Shown here in pieces: positions 25,981-34,532 of a stretch of DNA of 38,344 bases. The stretch lies in IMG/VR virus record IMGVR_UViG_2740892016_000005. One strand, written 5' to 3'. The translations under genes were made by a program, and so were the position numbers. This stretch comes from a virus. Taxonomy: Duplodnaviria > Heunggongvirae > Uroviricota > Caudoviricetes. The notes beneath the pieces are model-generated. The model did not search any database, had not been told where the DNA came from, and saw nothing but the letters and a program-made list of their open reading frames with translations. Each line of letters begins with the position of its first letter. Within the stretch, counting starts at the first letter, position 1.

Positions 25981-28900
25981 ATGGGTAAAGGCAGCAGTAA
26001 GGGGCATACCCCGCGCGAAGCGAAGGATAACCTGAAATCCACGCAGTTACTGAGTGTGATCGATGCCATCAGCGAAGGGCCGATTGAAGGTCCGGTGGGT
26101 GGATTAAAAAGCGTGCTGCTGAACAGTACACCGGTGCTGGACAGTGAGGGGAATACCAACATCTCCGGTGTCACGGTGGTGTTCCGGGCAGGTGAGCAGG
26201 AGCAGACACCGCCGGAGGGATTTGAATCCTCCGGTTCCGAGACGGTGCTGGGTACGGAAGTGAAATACGACACGCCGATCACCCGGACCATCACGTCTGC
26301 AAACATCGACCGTCTGCGCTTTACCTTCGGTGTGCAGGCACTGGTGGAAACCACCTCAAAGGGTGACCGGAATCCGTCGGAAGTCCGCCTGCTGGTTCAG
26401 ATACAGCGTAACGGTGGCTGGGTGACAGAAAAAGACATCACCATTAAGGGCAAAACCACGTCGCAGTATCTGGCCTCGGTGGTGGTGGATAACCTGCCGC
26501 CGCGACCGTTCAATATCCGGATGCGCAGGATGACACCGGACAGCACCACAGACCAGCTGCAGAACAAAACGCTCTGGTCGTCATACACCGAAATCATCGA
26601 TGTGAAACAGTGCTACCCGAACACGGCACTGGTCGGCGTGCAGGTGGATTCGGAGCAGTTCGGCAGCCAGCAGGTGAGCCGTAATTATCATCTTCGCGGG
26701 CGCATTCTGCAGGTGCCGTCGAACTATAACCCGCAGACGCGGCAATACAGCGGTATCTGGGACGGGACGTTTAAACCGGCATACAGCAACAACATGGCCT
26801 GGTGTCTGTGGGATATGCTGACCCATCCGCGCTACGGCATGGGGAAGCGTCTCGGTGCGGCGGATGTGGACAAATGGGCGCTGTATGTCATCGGCCAGAA
26901 TTGCGACCAGTCGGTGCCGGATGGCTTTGGTGGCACGGAGCCGCGCATCACCTGTAATGCCTACCTGACCACACAGCGTAAGGCGTGGGATGTTCTCAGT
27001 GATTTCTGCTCGGCGATGCGCTGTATGCCGGTATGGAACGGGCAGACGCTGACGTTCGTGCAGGACCGACCGTCGGATAAGGTGTGGACCTATAACCGCA
27101 GTAATGTGGTGATGCCGGATGATGGCGCGCCGTTCCGCTACAGCTTCAGCGCCCTGAAGGACCGCCATAATGCCGTTGAGGTGAACTGGATTGACCCGGA
27201 TAACGGCTGGGAGACGGCGACAGAGCTTGTGGAGGACACGCAGGCCATTGCCCGTTACGGTCGTAACGTCACGAAGATGGATGCCTTTGGCTGTACCAGT
27301 CGGGGGCAGGCACACCGCGCCGGGCTGTGGCTGATTAAAACAGAACTGCTGGAAACGCAGACCGTGGATTTCAGCGTCGGCGCAGAAGGGCTTCGCCATG
27401 TACCGGGCGATGTTATTGAAATCTGTGATGATGACTATGCCGGTATCAGCACCGGTGGTCGTGTGCTGGCGGTGAACAGCCAGACCCGGACGCTGACGCT
27501 CGACCGTGAAATCACGCTGCCATCCTCCGGTACCACGCTGATAAGCCTGGTTGACGGAAGTGGCAATCCGGTCAGCGTGGAGGTTCAGTCCGTCACCGAC
27601 GGCGTGAAGGTAAAAGTGAGCCGTGTTCCTGACGGTGTTGCTGAATACAGCGTATGGGGGCTGAAGCTGCCGACGCTGCGCCAGCGACTGTTCCGCTGCG
27701 TGAGTATCCGTGAGAACGACGACGGCACGTATGCCATCACCGCCGTGCAGCATGTGCCGGAAAAAGAGGCCATCGTGGATAACGGGGCGCACTTTGACGG
27801 CGAACAGAGTGGCACGGTGAACGGTGTCACGCCGCCAGCGGTGCAGCACCTGACCGCAGAAGTCACTGCAGACAGCGGGGAATATCAGGTGCTGGCGCGC
27901 TGGGATACGCCGAAGGTGGTGAAGGGTGTGAGCTTTATGCTTCGCCTGACCGTGGCAGCGGATGACGGCAGTGAGCGGCTGGTCAGCACGGCCCGGACGA
28001 CGGAAACCACATACCGCTTCAGGCAGCTGGCGCTGGGAAGCTACAGGCTGACAGTCCGGGCGGCAAATGCCTGGGGGCAGCAGGGCGATCCTGCATCGGT
28101 ATCGTTCCGGATTGCCGCACCGGCAGCGCCGTCGCGGATTGAGCTGACGCCGGGCTATTTTCAGATAACCGCCACGCCCCATCTTGCCGTTTATGATCCG
28201 ACGGTACAGTTTGAGTTCTGGTTCTCGGAAAAGCGGATTGCGGATATCAGGCAGGTTGAAACCACAGCCCGCTATCTTGGCACGGCGCTGTACTGGATAG
28301 CTGCCAGTATCAATATCAAACCGGGCCATGATTATTATTTTTACATCCGCAGTGTGAACACCGTTGGCAAATCGGCATTCGTGGAGGCTGTCGGTCGGGC
28401 GAGCGATGATGCGGAAGGTTACCTGGATTTTTTCAAAGGCCAGATAACCGAATCCCATCTCGGCAAGGAGCTGCTGGAAAAAGTCGAGCTGACGGAGGAT
28501 AACGCCAGCAAACTGGAGGAGTTCTCGAAAGAGTGGAAGGACGCCAACGATAAATGGAATGCCATGTGGGGCGTCAAAATTGAGCAGACCGAAGACGGCA
28601 GGCATTATGTCGCGGGGCTTGGCCTTAGTATGGAGGATACGGAGGAAGGCAAACTGAGCCAGTTCCTGGTTGCCGCTAACCGTATCGCGTTTATTGACCC
28701 GGCAAACGGGAATGAAACGCCGATGTTTGTGGCGCAGGGTAACCAGATATTCATGAACGAAGTGTTCCTGAAGTATCTGACGGCTCCCACCATTACCAGT
28801 GGCGGCAATCCGCCGGTATTTTCCCTGACACCGGACGGGCGGCTGACGGCGAAAAATGCCGATATCAGCGGTAACGTGAATGCGAACTCCGGGACGCTCA

Positions 28901-29379
28901 ATAATGTCACGATTAACCAGAACTGTCGGATTCTGGGAAAACTGTCTGCCAACCAGATTGAAGGTGATATTGTCAAAACGGTGGGAAAAGCCTTTCCGAG
29001 AAATGGCAGTTATGCCAGCGGTACAATAACGGTCACTGTGTACGATGACCAGGCTTTTGACCGTCAGATAGTAATCCCACCCGTTCTGTTTCGCGGTGGT
29101 AAGCATGAAAACTTCAACAGCAACAACCAACAGTCATACTGGTATTCAACCTGTAAGCTGCAGGTGCTGAAGAACGGACAGGAAATCTTTCAGCAACCCG
29201 CGACGGATGTCAGCAGGGTATTTTCATCCGTCATTGATATGCCTGCCGGACACGGTCATGTCACCCTGACTTTCAATGTTTCTTCATATGGTGCTAATAA
29301 CTGGACGCCAACGACCAGTATCAGCGACCTTCTTGTTGTCGTGATGAAGAAATCAACAGCCGGTATCAGTATCAGTTGA
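25981..29379 (+). CDS. J: Tail tip / host specificity protein J
   Basis: 1132 aa; lambda gpJ-like over most of its length; C-terminal ~150 aa diverge from lambda J as I recall it. Confidence 0.95.
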   Translation: MGKGSSKGHTPREAKDNLKSTQLLSVIDAISEGPIEGPVGGLKSVLLNSTPVLDSEGNTNISGVTVVFRAGEQEQTPPEGFESSGSETVLGTEVKYDTPITRTITSANIDRLRFTFGVQALVETTSKGDRNPSEVRLLVQIQRNGGWVTEKDITIKGKTTSQYLASVVVDNLPPRPFNIRMRRMTPDSTTDQLQNKTLWSSYTEIIDVKQCYPNTALVGVQVDSEQFGSQQVSRNYHLRGRILQVPSNYNPQTRQYSGIWDGTFKPAYSNNMAWCLWDMLTHPRYGMGKRLGAADVDKWALYVIGQNCDQSVPDGFGGTEPRITCNAYLTTQRKAWDVLSDFCSAMRCMPVWNGQTLTFVQDRPSDKVWTYNRSNVVMPDDGAPFRYSFSALKDRHNAVEVNWIDPDNGWETATELVEDTQAIARYGRNVTKMDAFGCTSRGQAHRAGLWLIKTELLETQTVDFSVGAEGLRHVPGDVIEICDDDYAGISTGGRVLAVNSQTRTLTLDREITLPSSGTTLISLVDGSGNPVSVEVQSVTDGVKVKVSRVPDGVAEYSVWGLKLPTLRQRLFRCVSIRENDDGTYAITAVQHVPEKEAIVDNGAHFDGEQSGTVNGVTPPAVQHLTAEVTADSGEYQVLARWDTPKVVKGVSFMLRLTVAADDGSERLVSTARTTETTYRFRQLALGSYRLTVRAANAWGQQGDPASVSFRIAAPAAPSRIELTPGYFQITATPHLAVYDPTVQFEFWFSEKRIADIRQVETTARYLGTALYWIAASINIKPGHDYYFYIRSVNTVGKSAFVEAVGRASDDAEGYLDFFKGQITESHLGKELLEKVELTEDNASKLEEFSKEWKDANDKWNAMWGVKIEQTEDGRHYVAGLGLSMEDTEEGKLSQFLVAANRIAFIDPANGNETPMFVAQGNQIFMNEVFLKYLTAPTITSGGNPPVFSLTPDGRLTAKNADISGNVNANSGTLNNVTINQNCRILGKLSANQIEGDIVKTVGKAFPRNGSYASGTITVTVYDDQAFDRQIVIPPVLFRGGKHENFNSNNQQSYWYSTCKLQVLKNGQEIFQQPATDVSRVFSSVIDMPAGHGHVTLTFNVSSYGANNWTPTTSISDLLVVVMKKSTAGISIS

Positions 29380-29446
29380 ATTTTATAACCCCAATACGGG
29401 CACCAGAAATGGTGCCTTTTTTATTGCAGAAAAGCGAGAGGTAATT

Positions 29447-30046
29447 ATGCGTAAATTATGTGCTGTTATTCTGTCTGCAGTAGTCTGGCTGGTCGCCGCT
29501 GGTACGCCAGCGAGTGCAGCAGAGCATCAGTCCACACTAAGCGGCGGGTATCTTCAGTCCCATACTGATATGCCCGGCAACGATGACCTGAAGGGCATTA
29601 ACGTGAAATACCGTTATGAATTTACGGACACGCTGGGGCTGGTGACGTCATTCAGTTATGCCAATGCCAAAGATGAGCAAAAAACGCATTACAGCGATAC
29701 CCGCTGGCATGAAGATTCAGTGCGTAACCGCTGGTTCAGCATGATGGCGGGGCCATCTGTACGCGTGAATGAATGGTTCAGTGCTTATGCGATGGCGGGT
29801 ATGGCTTACAGCCGTGTGTCGACCTTCTCCGGGGATTATCTCCGCGTAACTGACAACAAGGGGAAAACGCACGATGTGCTGACCGGAAGTGATGACGGTC
29901 GCCACAGCAACACGTCTCTGGCGTGGGGGGCTGGCGTGCAGTTTAACCCGACCGAATCCGTGGCCATTGACCTTGCTTATGAAGGTTCCGGCAGTGGCGG
30001 CTGGCGCACTGACGGGTTCATCGTGGGTGTTGGTTATAAATTCTGA
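29447..30046 (+). CDS. lom: Lom/Ail-family outer-membrane beta-barrel protein
   Basis: 199 aa; signal peptide and C-terminal GYKF; matches lambda Lom. Confidence 0.9.
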   Translation: MRKLCAVILSAVVWLVAAGTPASAAEHQSTLSGGYLQSHTDMPGNDDLKGINVKYRYEFTDTLGLVTSFSYANAKDEQKTHYSDTRWHEDSVRNRWFSMMAGPSVRVNEWFSAYAMAGMAYSRVSTFSGDYLRVTDNKGKTHDVLTGSDDGRHSNTSLAWGAGVQFNPTESVAIDLAYEGSGSGGWRTDGFIVGVGYKF

Positions 30047-30073
30047 TTAGCCAGGTAACACAGTGTTATGACG

Positions 30074-30099
30074 GCCCGCCGGTTCAGGCGGGCTTTTTT
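30074..30099 (+). terminator. Intrinsic terminator after lom
   Basis: GCCCGCC-ggttca-GGCGGGC followed by TTTTTT. Confidence 0.6.
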
Positions 30100-30110
30100 G
30101 TGGAGTGGAT

Positions 30111-32468
30111 ATGGCAGCAGTAAAAATCTCAGGTGTGCTGAAAGATGGTGCGGGAAAACCAATACAGAACTGCACTATTCAACTGAAGGCAAAGCGTAAC
30201 AGCACTACGGTACTGGTCAACACGGTGGCCTCTGAAAATCCGGATGAAGCCGGGCGTTACAGCATGGATGTTGAGTATGGCCAGTACAGCGTCACCCTGC
30301 TGGTTGAAGGTTTTCCGCCTTCACATGCCGGGACCATTACCGTCTATGAAGGTTCCAGACCAGGTACGCTGAATGATTTTCTCGGTGCCATGACGGAAGA
30401 GGATGTCATGCCGGAGGCATTGCGCCGTTTTGAGGAAATGGTGGAAGAAGCGGCACGCAACGCCGAAGCCGCCTCTCAGAGCGCAGCGGCGGCAAAGAAA
30501 TCCGAAACTGCAGCGGCATCATCGAAGAACGCGGCGAAAAGCTCAGAAACGAATGCAGCTAACAGCGCCCAGGCGGCAGCGGCCTCGCAGACTGCATCGG
30601 CAAACTCCGCGACAGCAGCCAAAAAATCAGAAACCAACGCGAAAAATAGCGAGACAGCCGCAAAGACGAGCGAAACCAACGCAAAGTCCAGCCAGACGGC
30701 AGCGAAGACCAGCGAAACGAATGCCAAAGCCAGTGAAACTGCGGCGAAAAATAGCCAGAATGCAGCAGCCGAAAGCGAGAGCGCGGCAGCCGGTTCTGCG
30801 ACTGCAGCAGCTGGATCAGCAACTGCTGCGGCTAACAGCCAGAAAGCAGCGAAGACGAGCGAAACTAACGCAAAGTCCAGCCAGACGGCAGCGAAGACCA
30901 GCGAAACGAATGCCAAAGCCAGCGAAACTGCGGCGAAAAACAGCCAGGATGCAGCAGCCCAAAGCGAGAGTGCCGCAGCTGGTTCTGCAACAGCGGCAGC
31001 TAATAGCCAAAAAGCTGCAAAAACCAGTGAAACTAACGCAAAGACGAGTGAAACAAAAGCAGCAGCCAGCGAGACAGAAGCAACGTCAGCCGCAACAAGA
31101 GCAGAGAATGCAGCCCGGATTGCAGAAGATGCCGCTGATCCTGCTTCTGTCCCTCCGCTTCCTGATATCTGGCTACCCTTGAATGATTCTCTGGAAGCGA
31201 TAACAGGGTATGCCCCGGGCTATAAAACAATAACCATCGGCAGTGATGAAATAACAATGCCTGTTAATGGCATATGCCAATTTAGCCGGGCTTCATCTGC
31301 AACGTATATTGATAAGTCCGGGCATATTACCGTGGCAGGGAATAACGTTCCTCGTTTTGAAAAATATGGTTTGCTGATAGAGAATCAGCGAACAAACATG
31401 TTCGTAAATAGTTTTAATCCTGATGCGTGGAATAAAAGCGGTGGTATATCTGTAACATCATCAACAGATGAATTTGAGTTTAAATATGGACGTTTCACAG
31501 TAGGAAGTGAGATAGCAGGAACGACAACAGGGAGAAATATATGCACAGTTGCTGGTAATAAAGGCATAGATGTGACTGGCGATGATCAGTACAGTAAAGG
31601 TCCGTATGTTACCGCGTCGTTCAGGGTAAGAAGTGATCTCAATGTTCGCGCACGTATCCGTTTTGAACGGTATAACTCGGAAGGATACACTTTCCTTTGT
31701 GACGCCTATTTGTCATTACAGACTCATGAACTACAAATTACGGGTGGTAATGCCCAGCTATTAACAGCAAACTTTGAAATCGACCCTGGTAGTGGATGGA
31801 TATATTTTCAGGCAACACTGAAATGTCTGCCAGAATGGGGAATGGTTGGTACGCAGCTGCAAATTGCAGCCGACAGAGCAGTGGGGGCTTTTGCAACAGG
31901 TGACTGGATAGAAGTAACCACCCCGCAATTCGAGTATGGTGCTTGTGCAACTTCCTTTATCATAACGACAACAGAGCCAGCGACTCGTGCATCAGATTTA
32001 TGTAAATTTCCGCTGATGAAAAATATGTATACCATGCCTTTTACGTTCATGGTGGAAGTCCATAAAAACTGGTTTATTTCTCATAATGCTGCACCGCGTG
32101 TCATTGATTCAGAAAATCACCAGTCCGGAGGCCCATTTATTATGGGGTTTGGTTCTTCTGGAACTATCAGTCAGGATGGTTATTCGTATTGCGATATAGG
32201 CGGGGCTAACCGGCGTGTATATGAGTCATGCGGAGTAAGAGATCTCGTTATGGGATTCAGGGTTAAGGCTGACGGCATGACATGCTCATTTGCAAATAAG
32301 CATATAAGCACAGAAACAAAAACAGTATGGAAATATATTCGTGAAGCTGCCGTGATTCGTATTGGGGGGCAAACGACGACAGGATTGCGACACCTTAATG
32401 GTCATATAAAAAATCTCCGTTTCTGGAACAGAGCATTGTCAGATACGCAGCTTAAGGAATACGTATAA
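30111..32468 (+). CDS. stf: Side tail fibre protein (Stf-like) with repetitive shaft and divergent distal domain
   Basis: ORF 30105..32468 trimmed to ATG 30111 (RBS ggag). N-terminus lambda Stf-like (MAAVKISGVLKDGAGKPIQNCTIQLKAKRNSTTV...); Ala/Ser/Thr-rich repeats; C-terminal part AT-rich and not lambda-like. Confidence 0.85.
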   Translation: MAAVKISGVLKDGAGKPIQNCTIQLKAKRNSTTVLVNTVASENPDEAGRYSMDVEYGQYSVTLLVEGFPPSHAGTITVYEGSRPGTLNDFLGAMTEEDVMPEALRRFEEMVEEAARNAEAASQSAAAAKKSETAAASSKNAAKSSETNAANSAQAAAASQTASANSATAAKKSETNAKNSETAAKTSETNAKSSQTAAKTSETNAKASETAAKNSQNAAAESESAAAGSATAAAGSATAAANSQKAAKTSETNAKSSQTAAKTSETNAKASETAAKNSQDAAAQSESAAAGSATAAANSQKAAKTSETNAKTSETKAAASETEATSAATRAENAARIAEDAADPASVPPLPDIWLPLNDSLEAITGYAPGYKTITIGSDEITMPVNGICQFSRASSATYIDKSGHITVAGNNVPRFEKYGLLIENQRTNMFVNSFNPDAWNKSGGISVTSSTDEFEFKYGRFTVGSEIAGTTTGRNICTVAGNKGIDVTGDDQYSKGPYVTASFRVRSDLNVRARIRFERYNSEGYTFLCDAYLSLQTHELQITGGNAQLLTANFEIDPGSGWIYFQATLKCLPEWGMVGTQLQIAADRAVGAFATGDWIEVTTPQFEYGACATSFIITTTEPATRASDLCKFPLMKNMYTMPFTFMVEVHKNWFISHNAAPRVIDSENHQSGGPFIMGFGSSGTISQDGYSYCDIGGANRRVYESCGVRDLVMGFRVKADGMTCSFANKHISTETKTVWKYIREAAVIRIGGQTTTGLRHLNGHIKNLRFWNRALSDTQLKEYV
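30490..31090 (+). repeat. Tandem coding repeats within stf
   Basis: Short KTSETNAK-type units plus two long near-identical copies of ~188 bp (about 30660-30847 and 30848-31015). Confidence 0.7.
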
Positions 32469-32737
32469 TGCGGGATATAACATTACGGTTCGATAACAGA
32501 GAACAGTTTAACGCAATTGTATATGACAGTGGCCTGTTCAGTCTTGAAGAAGAAAACGGGGTTCTTGTTGATGTTATTGGCTGCATTATCGATTACGAGG
32601 AGCCAGAAAACGAAAGATGTACAGGCATTGATCGCGGTGGTTTTTTCGTAAACATGAGGATTGTTGATAGCAGTAAAAACATATCTTCTTTAATGCCTTT
32701 CATTACGACAGATCAGCATGTAAGGACATGGGCTTAA
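32468..32737 (+). CDS. Hypothetical protein (tail-fibre accessory?)
   Basis: 89 aa; ATG overlaps the stf stop (TAATG); no motif recognised. Confidence 0.45.
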   Translation: MRDITLRFDNREQFNAIVYDSGLFSLEEENGVLVDVIGCIIDYEEPENERCTGIDRGGFFVNMRIVDSSKNISSLMPFITTDQHVRTWA

Positions 32738-32749
32738 TGGAGTAAGACA

Positions 32750-33433
32750 ATGGTTACAAAAACAGTAATTCCGGGAGACATCACCACGCTAAAGGGAGAT
32801 ATTTCCTCAATTAACGGAAAAGTATCAACGCTTCAGACTGAGATGACCAGTGCAAAGCAGGATATCAGCTCCAGATACACAAAAACTGAAGTTGATAATA
32901 AGCTGAAAAACAAAGTGGAAGTGAACGATCTGGAAAGTGGTCGTTATGGCGGAGATTTTTATCCACTGACAGGTCGTGAAGCGTTTTATTTATGGAATTT
33001 GGCCACGACTACAGCGGCGGCAAACCTTTATCTTAATCCTGACCCTGCAATTTCGTCTGTGCTGCGGTCAACATCGTCTATCCGCTATAAACATTCAGTA
33101 GAGACGATAGATTCAGAGCACGCCGATCTCATTTTCAAGATGCGCCCTGTGTGGTACAGGTCGCAATGCGAAAATGACAGGCGCGATTGGGGATTCTATG
33201 GATTGATTGCCGAGGAAGTAGGAGAAATTGCCCCCCAGTTTGTACACTGGCGATCAGCTAACGAAGATGATGCACCGGAAGCTATTTCCAGCAATGGCCT
33301 TGTTGCCGAAGGTGTAATGTACGAACGTCTGGTTGTTCCACTGATTCACCATATCCAGAAACTGACTGAAAGAGTTGATGAACTTGAGTCAGAATTGAAG
33401 TTGTTATCAACTTCCCGAAGCGATATCGGATAA
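32750..33433 (+). CDS. Short tail fibre/spike-like protein with C-terminal S74-type intramolecular chaperone domain
   Basis: 227 aa; C-terminal ~120 aa (SSIRYKHSVETID...DLIFKMRPVWY...GFYGLIAEEVGEIAPQFV...VMYERLVVPLIHHIQKLTERVDELESELKLL) follow the pattern of endosialidase-type autoproteolytic chaperone domains. Confidence 0.7.
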   Translation: MVTKTVIPGDITTLKGDISSINGKVSTLQTEMTSAKQDISSRYTKTEVDNKLKNKVEVNDLESGRYGGDFYPLTGREAFYLWNLATTTAAANLYLNPDPAISSVLRSTSSIRYKHSVETIDSEHADLIFKMRPVWYRSQCENDRRDWGFYGLIAEEVGEIAPQFVHWRSANEDDAPEAISSNGLVAEGVMYERLVVPLIHHIQKLTERVDELESELKLLSTSRSDIG

Positions 33434-33443
33434 AGGAGGAGTA

Positions 33444-33731
33444 ATGGATATAACACCTTTTCTTCATGCGCTTTGTGCTGTGGCTGCGCAGGTACTGATT
33501 GGTCTTTTTACCGGAAACTGGGCTTACGGGGCGATAGCCGGTTGTACATTCTTCATTGCGCGGGAACACACCCAGGCAGAATATCGCTGGATTGAAATGT
33601 TCGGGCATGGCAAGCGGATTAACATGCCGTGGTGGGGCGGTTTTGATCCACGTGCATGGGATGTGGCAAGTCTGATGGATTTTGCGGTGCCGGCGGTGGC
33701 GTGTCTGCTGGTCTGGCTGTTTATCCGTTAA
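33444..33731 (+). CDS. Small integral membrane protein, function unknown
   Basis: 95 aa; strong RBS aaggagg; predicted hydrophobic segments at both ends (LCAVAAQVLIGLF, AVPAVACLLVWLFI). Confidence 0.5.
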   Translation: MDITPFLHALCAVAAQVLIGLFTGNWAYGAIAGCTFFIAREHTQAEYRWIEMFGHGKRINMPWWGGFDPRAWDVASLMDFAVPAVACLLVWLFIR

Positions 33732-34096
33732 ACATAAAAAGCCGCAGCAACTTGTCGTGGCAGAATACTGCGGCTGGCTGGTGAACTTCCGATAATTTGA
33801 TTATTAAATAATTTCCAGCTGTTATTGATTTTACGTATTTTTTGTATGGGAGAATTTGCACCTCCTCCCATCGACCATCTATGACTGTATGCCACTATCT
33901 ATAGGACTACTATGTGCCAGAAACGGATATTACTGTGTATGGTTAATTCTGCCTGTCAAATAACTTACGTTCATCAAATAATCGAAATTATGACTTAGCT
34001 CAACAATTAGGTTTAGCATGGGGTCATATGACTAGAGTGCAGCGACTTGCTGCAATAATTTAATAAGAATAAAAAATGCCAACTTATGCTAATTAA

Positions 34097-34302
34097 GGCG
34101 GTAATTCGGGAATAGTGTTTTATGAGATTACTCCCGATGTTATCACAGTACAGTTTAAAGATGGATGGAAATACGTTACGATTCTACAAAACTGGGTGCT
34201 TCAACGGTCTCTAAGATGAAAGAGTTAGCCCAGGATGGGCATGGACTAAATAGTTTTATTAGTAGTGTGGTTAAGAAAAATTTCTCACGTAAATACCTTT
34301 AA
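34097..34302 (+). pseudogene. Degraded KTSC-domain-like gene remnant (no start codon, apparent frameshift)
   Basis: Frame A gives GGNSGIVFYEITPDVITVQFKDGWKYVT, resembling the KTSC core (YD...L.V.F.nG..Y.Y). A different frame continues ...ASTVSKMKELAQDGHGLNSFISSVVKKNF. No ATG in frame after the upstream stop. Confidence 0.25.
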
Positions 34303-34532
34303 TTTTAATTGAGGGTGGTAAGGACTATCACCCTCATAATTCTTCACCATTCAATCAAGAGCAATTCAAGGCGATTTGTTCTTATTGTACATGGTCAGTT
34401 AGTTAGCACTTCGTAATTTATTGAATAGAAGACTTTTGGAACAGCATCTGCACTCGTGCTTATCGCCCGGCAGACTTAGCCAGAATAGTCTCGAGCATTT
34501 CTGGTTCGTTGCCTTTAGCTGTATCAATATTT

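Noticed and set aside
26581-29130. 849-aa minus-strand ORF antisense to J
   Set aside because: It lies wholly inside J, whose plus-strand product matches lambda J along its length. Long antisense ORFs are common in GC-rich, stop-poor coding DNA; no start context or motif supports it.
30490-31090. Possible CRISPR array, given regular direct repeats
   Set aside because: The repeats are in-frame coding repeats of a fibre protein with no unique spacers. The iterons at 862-1013 are likewise coding or origin repeats.
30403-31257. Arg-rich 259-aa plus-strand ORF and several minus-strand ORFs (30476-30916, 30559-30822, 30816-31010, 31033-31257) over the stf repeats
   Set aside because: These are alternative-frame shadows of the repetitive Ala/Ser/Thr-coding shaft region; their products are low-complexity and the stf frame is supported by its lambda-like N-terminus.
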